Positions 9,712-24,814 of a DNA stretch of 34,787 nucleotides are shown one piece after another. The position numbers and the translations under genes are program-made. Position 1 is the stretch's first letter. Every line of letters starts with the position of its first letter. The notes under the pieces were generated by a model. The model was not told the origin of the DNA, searched no databases, and saw nothing but the letters and a program-made list of their open reading frames with translations. The DNA comes from Perkinsus chesapeaki ATCC PRA-425 (taxonomy: Eukaryota; Protista; Perkinsozoa), in contig JAAPAO010000375.1 in the NCBI GenBank assembly GCA_013115145.1, positions 1 through 34,787 of the forward strand, read 5' to 3'.

Positions 9712-11171
9712 TCAACCTCCAAAGGATCCAAAGTCTGAACCGCAGGGAAGTCGCGGGTTCGATCCCCGCACCCTGCATTTTTCTACCTCTTTTTTCCGTG
9801 CTTGTTCTTCCATAACGGTTGCGTCCATGAAACTGAGGACACATACATCTTCAGTCAGGAACCAAAATAATCATCCGAATGAACAAAACCATACATACAG
9901 AAACTGTAGGTGCATTTACCAAGTCGCAGGATGTCGATTAGCTCATTTCCTGCTCTAATGGAGCCTTAGTACCACCGAGAACCGTTGCCACAATTGAAGT
10001 TAGTCAATCAAAAATCCTTCTTTCGGATAGTGCACATGAAGTCCAACCTCGGAGGAGGGAGCACAATCTCACAGTATTTGTTATCGAACACTTTTCATAG
10101 ACAAACTTAGAATCATAATGTGTGATGATTTAATTATCGCATAAGTCAACCGGGATTCTGTCCGTCAACCCATCGTAAGGAGCTCACCTGTCTCGCGCTT
10201 CTGGACTCATCGGTGACTCTGAAGCAGCACCTTCAGATTTTGTTGTCTTGGCATCCTCAGCCTTGGCCAAATCCGAATTCACTTGGCGACCAAATTCATA
10301 GAGAACTGAAGTGCCTCTAGTTGCAGGGAAGTGTTAAACCAGACCACTGTGGTTTAGAAGTCGCACTACTGTAGAAGGTCAAAGTCGATGACTATCAATA
10401 TACAACAATAAATAACATTTCCCGAACGCGCAGTGCGGGGAAAGATGTTAAATGATAATAGTAACTCTCACCTTTCTCGAGCTCGAAGCCCTTCCTCCTT
10501 TTCAAAAATGACAGCACATGTTTTCCGATGGGAATAGTTCGATCTTCCTTCCCCCTTTGCCCAACCAATAAAGCTTCCTCCAATACCGGCGATGTGCCAT
10601 GAACTACAGCGGAATCTTTCCCTTGGCTTTCTGTCACCATCAAGCTGACACGTCCTGAGTAGTACGACAGTGCGTTATTGCCAAAGCATGCGAATATGAC
10701 AACCGTACCGTCCGAAACCCTCTAGATGCGAATTCCTCCCGCGATAATGCTCATAAAAGGAATAGGGTCATACGGAAACATCCACGCTTTGCGCCTATAA
10801 TAATTTCCACTGGAAAAATGGCGAAAATGAACTTGCCGAAAATTTCGGTCCGAAACTATTCGCTTAGTCGACTCGCTATCCGTTATGGTATAGCTCGCCA
10901 CGTTACGGAGTGAGCTCAAGCTACGTACAGTAGACACGAGAGGAACTTGTCAGCTGTAAGAAATGGAGTCATTGGCTGGAGATCTGCGTTGAAACTTAAA
11001 GCTGGGAAGCTCACCTCCAGCACTATGGGTGCTGACAAGGGGAACCACTGACGGGGCAGGCTCAGCAGTGGACTCCGATCTCTTGCGCTTGGTCACAGAT
11101 GAGCCAGGCTCGATCTTGATCCTTCCGGATGGCGCCGAATCCCCCGAGGATTTTAGCCTTATCTTGCCCAT
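9712..11171 (-). CDS. Putative multi-exon hypothetical protein
   Basis: ATG exon MGKIRLKSSGDSAPSGRIK...AG|GTGAG. Further exons: RVSDGTVV...RRKGFELEK|GTGAG (about 10721-10468) and GTSVLYEFGRQ...EARD|GTGAG (about 10310-10190). The 3' end is uncertain. Confidence 0.45.
9753..9782 (+). other. tRNA-like T-arm/B-box followed by T5 (not a complete tRNA)
   Basis: GCGGG-TTCGATC-CCCGC is a perfect 5-bp stem with a 7-nt loop, followed by ACCCTGCA and TTTTT. No D-arm or anticodon arm could be folded upstream. Confidence 0.25.
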
Positions 11172-11390
11172 TTCATCGACGGCGATACTAACCAGTGAAA
11201 ACGCCAGTCGTGGGATTCGAACTCGGGATCGCTAGGGTATCCGGAAACCGGGTTTAATGTTATTATGAAATGACTGAAGCAAGGATGCCGCGAGCACACA
11301 TCTCGCATTGTTGATGATTATGATACAACGCCAGTGATATCAAGCAGTAGAAAGTATTTTAACAATCGGAAGGAACAACATCGAAGTGGA

Positions 11391-15902
<4,512 letters not shown>

Positions 15903-16763
15903 ACAGTGTGTTGTTGTTGTTGTTGATCTTGTTGACGTGAGCCTTTCTGTTCGCCTATAAACTATAGGTGGGGAAGGCGTTGTGGGCATAAAACTAATAA
16001 CAGTGTAACTGAATAACCGGGATAGAGCCACCGCTGCTACTGAAGGAAACCTGTTAAAAGTGAACTATAATTTAAAGGCTATAACTTCGGTTATTGTCGG
16101 TGTCTACAGCTAGTTAGAGACGCCACAGCGGGTTTGAATGCATTACTCTCAAATTAAGTGTATAATCTTTCACCCAGCGGGGTAGAGCCCTGGATATGCG
16201 CATAGTCGATGAGATAGCAAATCCGCAGCCAACATTGCGTTCGCGTTTGTTGGGCGGCAAGTTGATTAAAATTCACTATTCCGCGTTAGAAGGATCAAAA
16301 CGAGCTGAAACCTTGAGGGGCATAGCTATGAGGCACGGGAAAACGATTGGTATCATTCTCTCTCTGTAAGCTGTGATGTAGATGTAGATTGGACGAAGTG
16401 TAGAATATCGCCAGAGGGCAGTCGCCTTGAAGAGGACCCAATGCGCTTTAAGAAGATGGAAGTATTAATGGCTCTGGAGCTTCATGGAAAGAGTTTTTTG
16501 AGCGCTGCCTGATTTTATGGCGAGCGACTTTTTGACCAAGACCTTGGCGTTCGCGTAAACCTGAACGTATTTTACTTACGAAATATTTACATTGAACTTA
16601 GTTCAGTGAACTGAATCACATGTAGTCTACATGTGACGCTATGCATACTGCAACTCTCACTCGCCAAATGTACTATTTCGGTTTGACCAATTTGGTCACT
16701 AGCTGTGGGTTCGCTCTGTATGAGACCACGAACATTTTATCTGCAAGGTAGTAATCGACTAAC

Positions 16764-16863
16764 TAGTTCCAGGGCTAGCCCAGCCAGTCAGGCAGTCTAC
16801 ACTTGGCCAACCCTGCCGCGGTAAGTTACCATCGGTAACCCTGTTGCCCGTTCGCGAACATCA
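16764..16863. repeat. Palindrome-rich dispersed element, similar to 30105..30263
   Basis: Shared ordered blocks tagt(t/a)ccagg, gggctag, cagcc..cag, tgttgcccg and gaacatca. Internal palindromes GGGCTAGCCC, TTGGCCAA, GTTACC-atc-GGTAAC and GTTCGCGAAC. Confidence 0.4.
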
Positions 16864-17899
16864 GAGGTGGTGTTCGAATTGTTTGTTCGCTTCTAGCACG
16901 AGTAGATGCTTGTCGTAGTTTTATTCAGGGTTACTTCGCGCAATGCTCGCTCTTACATTTTTTACAGCGAGGACCATCCCTCGCACATGACCCCCGTCAA
17001 TGTTCAGCGATCATTTACCGTGGCTTACATTGCATTTCGCCTTCGGGGCTTTCTGCGCTCAACAGCGCCCATCGCCTCTCGCGGGCCCGGAAAAGTGAGA
17101 AAGAGTGCGCTCGTGCTAAGCGCAAGATCCTCACCTTGTTGAGCAACCGAAGACGCAAATGACTAATTAACTCACCATTTAGCCATAAGTTCTCAATCTC
17201 TGAAGGTCCAGACCAGTGAACCTACCTGTGAGATTCCGATCGTCAAGGACAGAAGTAGGGAAACTCGTCGAGCTGAATACTAAAAGAAGAATACGGTGAA
17301 TTGTCGTTATTATTTTGATTATCGTCGATAATCAAACACTACGTAAACCGTTAATCTCGCGCGTCTCTGAGGTCTTAAAACTATTTCACAGGCGAAAGTA
17401 GGTTAGTTGTGACTCACGATTATGAATATGGAGCTTCCGAAATAGTTCTAATTAAGCGAATCTTACGAACGGCCAACTAAAGAGCATCAGACTTTTCATA
17501 CTCTCTACAGTAGTAAGGAGCTCAGTGAGGTGGTAATATACATATTTTTGAACCTTGCAAGTACAAGTTGCGCTGCTGAGATCAGCCTACCGAGACCTGG
17601 TCGCGCACAATGAAGGCCATTTCTTATACTTCCCGAGCTCGAAATACCAAACACCTTGGTGATAAGACTTAGCGGACATTTGAAAGCGAAAAGCACTTCA
17701 TCGAACATCCCACCAACGAGACGCGGCACACCGAAGTTAGAGAAACCATTTAAGTGTTTGCACACAGTCTATAAAACAACAGACTACTTGTAGCGAAGGA
17801 ATCTTATAGTGAGGAACTTTAACAATCATAGCCAGGTACAGTAAGTAGCCAAATGATAAAGGGAAATATGGTATGGGAAATAACTGCACGCATGCGCAT

Positions 17900-19822
17900 T
17901 CACATAATGCCATTAGTAATTCTTTGGAACTCATCATACTGAATCGTCCGCCAATTATCAACACTCGTATCGATCAGCTCGACGATTTTCTGGATACATG
18001 CTTCCTCGGGAAGACTTCCATAAAACCGCCCGTCCATGTCCTTAACGGTTTGCTCCGGTCCGCCACCTTTAATAAGACATTCCATCGTGCACCCAGAATC
18101 GGCGAGCATCTTCACCGGAAGCAAAAGCCTGTCCTTGTGTTTCCGCGCCTCCAGAAATCCCCGAATAACCAAAGTCCGGAAATATTCAAACTCGTCGCTG
18201 TCCTCACCGCCGATCACTTCGATGTACTCTTGAGTCAGCTTGAACGGGGCGTTCTCGAAGGGGATATTTCCTGGCGCGCTGGAAAGCATAAATCCAAAAT
18301 CAATGTGGATTAAATGACCTTGCCGGTCGAGCAAAAGATTCCCGTTATGCCGATCCCGCACCGCCAAGAAATACGAAAATAGCGAATACGCCGCCAAGCT
18401 CTGGATGAAATTCTTCCGAGCGCGCGCCAAAGATTCTTTGCTGTCTCCAAAGGCCATCTTAAATATTCCCATAAGATTCTTATCGGGGAACTCTCGTTTC
18501 AGGCAATCTATCGAAACCGTATCAGTCAGCATTTCCATCAATCCGCTCTCCGAATCGACCGCGACCGTTTCGTACGGCTTCAGCCACAACGGCAACTGCG
18601 CTTCCTTGAAGATATTCTGCAGGATGCGCACGAGCTGGCCCGCTAGGACCTCCTGTCTGACATCGTCGCCACCCTTAACCATGATCTCTATACAATTCCA
18701 CGACCTCAAATTGCCGTACACACTTTGCCGTCGCAGCCGCTCCTTTTTCACTGAGAAAGGTTCCCCCCAGATGGACTTGCGTATTTTCGCAGGGGAGGGT
18801 TTCTTGGCGCATTTTTGCCCGAACGATCTCAAGCTCTTGCCAATCGACGATCTTTTCACGTTACCAGTCGAAGCTTTAGCTTCCTCCAATTCATCTTTCT
18901 CTCGAAAAACGCCGTCATAAAACATATCACACCACCGATCCGGCGTGACGTCATTCAACGCTTTCCGTAGCTCATCACGCAGAGCACCCGTCGGTCTATC
19001 TTCCTTCTCCAAAGTCTCGGGTTCGATTCCCATCTCCCGTATTATGTAACTGCTAGCAGCATCGCACCTCCCCCGGGAGCTTCTCAAATCTCCCCTCCGT
19101 CCCTTCTCCACCATTTCCTCCAAATCCGCGATTTCAACAACCATCATGAACGGCGCTCTAGTGTGTGTTTTGAACACCTTACAGTCATGTATTTTCACTA
19201 TATGCCCGCGGACATTATCCTTCCTAAAGGCGCAGCCGGGCATGCCCAGAGGCAGCGACACTCCCATCAACCTGTACAGTCCCGTCGTCACCGCTACACC
19301 AGCTCGCTTCTCGAACAGCCATTCGTTAAGCAGCGCGATTGAGCAGCTCAGCTCGAACGTTCTGTCATCCATTTTTGCGAGGGAGCACGCTAACCCTGTC
19401 AGATATCTCACAAAAGAATTCTGCGTCTTGAAATAGTCGCAACGCAGAAGTTTCTCCATCGAATAGTGGGAGTCCTCATCGAGTACGCCCCAGTCTGCTG
19501 CGTCGCTCCGCCGCAAACCGTTTTTTTCATCGGCGTAATCAGCCTGAGCCATCAAGCTCTCTCCGCAAATGAGAGGATCACCCAAATCGCTGTAAACAGC
19601 GCTGACATGACCAAGGGTATTCACCAGTCGATTTCGCGCGCCCCGGGACAGAACGCGCAATCTCTCCAGCGATTCGATTTGTCTCAGATTACCCGGCGGG
19701 TTCGACTTCGGTGATGGGTGGTTCTCTTGCACATTGGGGCATGATTTACAAACAGGATTCTCGGAGATAGATGAAGCTCGATCGGGAACTGAAATTAAGT
19801 TGGGATTTCCGAATCTATTCAC
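17900..19822 (-). CDS. PI4KB: Phosphatidylinositol 4-kinase type III-beta, catalytic region (one uninterrupted 640-codon frame; N-terminus probably in upstream exons)
   Basis: FKTHTRAPFMMVVE, VKGGDDVRQEVLAGQL, SLAAYSLFSYFLAVRDRHNGNLLLD, HIDFGFMLSSAPGNIPFENAPFKLT and C-terminal SVDNWRTIQYDEFQRITNGI match PI4KIIIb/Pik1 signatures. Confidence 0.95.
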   Translation of the reverse strand: MNRFGNPNLISVPDRASSISENPVCKSCPNVQENHPSPKSNPPGNLRQIESLERLRVLSRGARNRLVNTLGHVSAVYSDLGDPLICGESLMAQADYADEKNGLRRSDAADWGVLDEDSHYSMEKLLRCDYFKTQNSFVRYLTGLACSLAKMDDRTFELSCSIALLNEWLFEKRAGVAVTTGLYRLMGVSLPLGMPGCAFRKDNVRGHIVKIHDCKVFKTHTRAPFMMVVEIADLEEMVEKGRRGDLRSSRGRCDAASSYIIREMGIEPETLEKEDRPTGALRDELRKALNDVTPDRWCDMFYDGVFREKDELEEAKASTGNVKRSSIGKSLRSFGQKCAKKPSPAKIRKSIWGEPFSVKKERLRRQSVYGNLRSWNCIEIMVKGGDDVRQEVLAGQLVRILQNIFKEAQLPLWLKPYETVAVDSESGLMEMLTDTVSIDCLKREFPDKNLMGIFKMAFGDSKESLARARKNFIQSLAAYSLFSYFLAVRDRHNGNLLLDRQGHLIHIDFGFMLSSAPGNIPFENAPFKLTQEYIEVIGGEDSDEFEYFRTLVIRGFLEARKHKDRLLLPVKMLADSGCTMECLIKGGGPEQTVKDMDGRFYGSLPEEACIQKIVELIDTSVDNWRTIQYDEFQRITNGIM

Positions 19823-20389
19823 GTCCGGTATTGTCTCAAAAATATTGAAATATGTTCGTGGGGTTCACGTGCAGTGCAACGAAGACCCTTAGTTGGTCCC
19901 TTAGTTTTGAAAAGAGAGAAAGTTAGAGACATTCATGTTATCCCTTTCTCGTGAAAACGGCGCCGATGGACGTCTCAAAATTTCTTCAACTAAAAAAATA
20001 TTATCCACCGAAGGACTCATCCAGTCATAAAGAAGTATCTTCCGAGAACTGATAAAATACTCCTAGCGCGCACGAGAAAGAGCGAACGGCTTGTCCCCAA
20101 TAGTGAATCACTACTGCGGATGAATCGGATTACAAATCGATTTCGTATGACAATTGTATGACTAAAGCAATACTATTACTAAAACTAATATGACATTAGT
20201 CATCCACAAACCTATGGTTATGTATTTACATATATTTGAAAGATATTCTATTAACAACAAATGGTATCATATTACTATGATCCTATTATACTACTATTCA
20301 TTAAATATTAATAATACGTAGGCAAAAGTATCAAGTGATAGAACAACTCATATTTCGCCCGGAGCAACTGTCCCTCATCCACCCACCCG

Positions 20390-22207
20390 TCAACGATCCC
20401 TCTGATCGTCCGCGATGGGCTTCTCCTTTGAAGCCCGCAGTTGACCGCAAACTAACCATGGAGTGCGTCCGACTCCGACCGCGCGCCGCGAAATTCTTGC
20501 TTTCTCGCCCGCGGAAGTCTCCAGGTGCTGAAACAGAAAGGGCACATCAAAGAATTAAAAAATACCTTAAGCCAGGATCGAACCATGGACCTCAGATAAA
20601 CCCTCTTACAGTCTTTCAAAGGCCGATCGCATGTGAGCACTGCGGTCTCGCAGGCGTCTTCCATTTTAGTTGCTCCTCGATGCATATCTTTCCCAGTGAG
20701 CTCGACGCCGTCCTCGACAATCGCGTGATACCTGAGGGAGAGATTCATCTGGGCTAACCGAAGTGTGCCCCATAGAGATCGAAAAAAGTTACTAATACGG
20801 ACTTTGCATTGAAATACCCTCCCAGGGCCGAAGGGAATATAGACACGAGTTTCAAGTTCTCTCTTTGATCAGACGACGATCTGATTAACCCGAATAACTT
20901 TCAGTCAACTCGAGTGCAATAGGAAGAGATTATAGAAAACTATAGAAGCGCGTTATGTCGAAATTTTCCGAGGAATCAAAAAGTTGCGGAATGAAACGAT
21001 TATCGATTCATTCTATTTTGAGCATTTCATGTTCCCCTGCCGACCGTCTGCGCTCGATGGAGCCGCAGATAAAATGCTCCAACATTCCAACCATAAGCCT
21101 GTTTTCAAATGTGGATGGAGAACCACCGCGGGTTCGATCCCCGGCAAGGGCTTTTCAACAACCCCTTTAAATCTTCCCTTCCTACAGCCAATGCATCTTG
21201 ATCGCCAAACCCATGAACGTCGACGCTTCCATCAGCAAGAACGATTGAAGATCGGGAGCCGACTGAAAAGAGAGGAAGGAAATTGTTGGACGGTAAACGC
21301 CTTGTATACACCCCTAACTTTAATTCATCAGGGGAGGTAACAACAACCACACCAATACCGCCCGAATGAGCACGTTACCTTTTCCTTCATCGAAGCATAA
21401 ACAAGTTGGGGCAGATAGAAGTCCACGCATTCGACCTTGATTTTGTACCTGTTCACAACAGAGAGTGGTAAAGTCATGCAAGAGCAGTCCCCATTATTCC
21501 ATTATTAAGGAGCTATTCCCTATTATTCCATTATTAAGGAACTATTCCCTATTATTCCATTATTANNNNNNNNNNNNNNNNNNNNNNNNNNNNNNNNNNN
21601 NNNNNNNNNNNNNNNNNNNNNNNNNNNNNNNNNNNNNNNNNNNNNNNNNNNNNNNNNNNNNNNNATATTCCATTATTAAGGAACTATTCCCTATTATTCC
21701 ATTATTAAGGAGCTATTCCCTATTATTCCATTATTAAGTAAACAATAATTCCCTGGGACAAGTGTTGAAGTGCAAGCGTGCGTTCGTCTACATTTTCGAT
21801 GACAAATGAAGAGTCGAGAACAAACAGTCGGTACAAAGGCGGGAAGCCTTCGTCAGGCAGCTTTCTGGGAGGTAACAATTCTTGAAATAATAGAGCCTGA
21901 GTTATTTCAAAAAAATACAGAATTCTAATTGCCACATTTTTTGACAGATAAATAATATATCGAACATTCGTACGCTGGATACCCTATAAGCGAATATATG
22001 AATCAATCATCATTTTCCACGAACTCAATCTCATACGAAAGTAAGGCATCCTCAAGAAGACTCACCCTCACAGTATAGAAAATTCATCAATCTCAAATGG
22101 ATTCATCCCATGCCGTCTACACTTACAGTTGGCTGACCAAAAAATCGTCAACTTGTCCGAGGTCTGCATTTTCCAAATGATGCATGTGAGAGTAAATATT
22201 AGTCATC
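20390..22207 (-). CDS. Putative exons upstream of PI4K (may be its N-terminal part or a separate gene)
   Basis: ttctcag|MTNIYSHMHHLENADLGQVDDFLVSQL|GTAAGT (about 22207-22128) loosely resembles the PI4KIIIb N-terminal helical region. ctcag|YHAIVEDG...RSWLK|GT and tttcag|HLETSAGEK follow. Frame continuity was not established. Confidence 0.3.
21493..21738 (+). repeat. Minisatellite, 29-bp unit (ATTATTCCATTATTAAGGA(A/G)CTATTCCCT) flanking an assembly gap (N at 21566..21664)
   Basis: About 2.5 units are visible on each side of the N run. True copy number is unknown. Confidence 0.95.
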
Positions 22208-22728
22208 TGAGAAGGAACACATTAGCACTTCCTCAACTATCGCAACTCGAAGAACGTCAAGAACCTCCAACTCCCCAATTCCCAAGATTGACCAAATGCG
22301 GTGTTGGCTACTGAATGAGATTGCTGGTAACAATTTCTCGAGATGCCACCCAGGGGGATAATTTAGACGCTGCCTTCAAGGATCCTTAAACAAGGAATGC
22401 TAATGTAGGCGGTTGATTAACAATGTTCTCAGTAACTATCGACTTCGTTCTGCGGAGTCGAGTCGAGCTACATGAACATCGCTGAGCCTCGCCTGCCCAT
22501 AATTTTCACCTTATATTATTTTTTTAATAATTTTTCTCGCATCTCCGCATAAGTAACGGTTCCCCGCGATTCTACGCTAAGATATTAATTCGCGTATTCT
22601 AAAATTACATATCCACTCGCAGGACGGTCCCTACTTTTTGCACGAATGGGGGAGACACGAATTAGCATTCTTCGACCTTGCACTGTACGATACGATCCTT
22701 ACCGCGGCGAATAAAGTAATTCATATTA

Positions 22729-23560
22729 CTACATCCATTTCACGTCATTCACTTGTATGACGTTTAAACGGTTATTTTTCTGCCCAAGAACTTCCCTTAC
22801 ATTATGATCGCTCTCGTCGATGCCTTCCCCAAATCCATCCCAAATATCAGAGTTTGTATTTTCTTCTTCCTCAGGGATCGACAGCGCCTTCGCCTCTTTA
22901 GCATCTTCCAACCTCCTATGAATCTTTGGTATACAGCCTTCCAGCCATGCCTTTAGCGGAGCGAAGCAATTCATGTTTCGCATAATATTATGATGGCCTC
23001 GGCCCTCAACAGCTACTCGGGAGAGGGACGCGCTTGGATCATTTCGCCGAGATGATTCGGAGACCATTAAAATGTACAAAATAAACTGAGTCGGTATTGT
23101 CAGTGCGTTGAATATGTAAATAACGACCAACCTTACTCCAGCCACCAGGCGGAGACTGAAACGACCCTTGAGTACGAAAGCTTCACAATAATTTACTTGG
23201 CGAGTGAGCAATACGTCACAGGCACATGTGCCATGATTTATACAGTCCAGAGGCTTAGACCAACCCAAAGGAACATCAAAAAACTCCTTAAATTGACTTA
23301 GGAATTATTGAAAAAAATGTGATTTTCTATTTTTTTGTAACGGTTGATGTATTTTCTTGTAATATTTTTTACCTTAGTTCCCTTCTCTTAGAACAGAGAA
23401 TAACAACGACAAATTCGGTAAAGAACCACACCATTTCTTGGTTAGGTTGAAGTTCTCCGAATAATTTAAAAACGGCAAGAAAACGGATTTGCTTTTTGAA
23501 CGGTTTTCCCGTCACTTTACATAATTTTTCAAAATTAAAGTTGACCGGGAAATGGTGTAG
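22729..23560. mobile_element. Second candidate member of the TIR element family
   Basis: Reverse complement of right end CTACACCATTTCCCGGTCAA is 19/20 identical to the 8410 end, with similarity continuing about 70 bp. The left end CTACATCCATTTCACGTCA is a more decayed match. TA is present at both ends. Confidence 0.45.
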
Positions 23561-23635
23561 ATATCGCATATCCTATCCGAACCCTTGCTAACCCGATAAA
23601 GACATAGGCTACTCAAACAAACACACATACTTCTC

Positions 23636-24060
23636 TCAGAAACGCCATCTGCTCAGTTGAACTGATTCAGTTCAAAAAACTCAAACAAAAAAATTGTTGA
23701 ATCCATTACGAACCATTGCATGGCATAGTTAAGATGGACATGTTTATGACTTCTCGACACGTCGATTGCTCAATAAAACCAGACACGGTCGATTCCCAAA
23801 AGTTAAAGCTGAATCCAATTTCACATTGCTTACTCTAACCAATCACTAAGACTTGCCTACCTGACAATTTCAGGTTGACTTCATAAGCATTGATCACCCG
23901 TTGAACATCAACGCCAATCTCGCCTCTGTGTACCTTCTGGCATTAACCGAAAGCACACTTAACCAGTTGGTCTGAATCGAACCACGACATGGAAAGTTAA
24001 TAGGAACATCGAAAGTTGCCAGTAGGAGAGCATTTGTTGTTTTCTCTTGTTCTAGGAGCA
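23636..24060 (-). pseudogene. SURF1: Degenerate SURF1 duplicate (3' part)
   Basis: SVNARRYTEARLALM vs CVDARNHTEAGLALI; same donor context TGTCAG|GTAGG (23861/23860); HVHLNYAMQWFVM vs HVHFNYAMQWFIM; terminal SRWRF* vs SRWRW*. Interrupted by insertions, stops and frameshifts. Confidence 0.75.
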
Positions 24061-24814
24061 TGGTTCCTGGCAAGATTTCCATGATTTCCAAGATTTCTCC
24101 GCAGCGGCTATGACACTTTTAGCATGAAGAGTCGTGATCCAGAAGCTGTTCATAAATCCACTCGGCGAGCTATTACTCACGTATGGAAATAAGCGAGCCA
24201 TTCCGCTGAGATAATATCAGATCGCAAGATTTTCGACAGAAAATCCATCTGCAATATCGACTCGGTCTAACTAGTACCAAACCCACTTGCGATTAACACA
24301 CGGTAGATATGATACCACCGGCGGAAAGCATAATTGACAAGCTACATCGCGAATTACGAGATCACGGAGGAGAACGTGAAAACAGCCCCACTGTATTCAT
24401 GTGTAAAATAACGTCTTATGCGGGAAACTTCCGTGAATGCAAAACAAGAATTTATGAGAATTCCATATTTGAGCAGTATTGGAAAAATGTTCAAGAGGCC
24501 GAGGTATCGAAATAGTTTCGCCCCAAAAAATACGGACCGCTCGAGAAAATTTTCCGTAGAGCCCAAGGAGTCACTTCCTGGGTGGTCACTGGAGTGTTTT
24601 CGAGAGATACTTTTGCCAAAGCCTCTGATAAACGAGTAACATCTCATGCTTGGATGACAAGTTACAATCGAGGTACTTTATTATCACCCATTTACGCTGA
24701 GCTAGTGTCAGACTTTAGCTCCGTTTAAGACTCAGGCTGAGTCACTGAGACTCTGAGTCTTACGCTTTGAGTGGACTACACCCTTTTACAGTTGTCCCTT
24801 CTGCATATATCTTC

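Noticed and set aside
9660-9782. Complete tRNA gene
   Set aside because: Only the T-arm and a partial acceptor match. No D-arm or anticodon arm at canonical spacing.
17737-17964. PQ-loop/MPDU1-like peptide (FGYLLYLAMIVKVPHYKI)
   Set aside because: Its start overlaps the PI4K stop in another frame, the PQ motif is absent and no consistent downstream exons were found. Coding-like pieces at 16400-17765 could not be assembled.
17873-19714. Plus-strand ORFs 17873..18313, 18405..18920, 19146..19436 and 19466..19714
   Set aside because: Antisense shadows of the PI4K exon.
21465-21737. 90-aa ORF across the gap
   Set aside because: Artefact of translating a minisatellite and N run.
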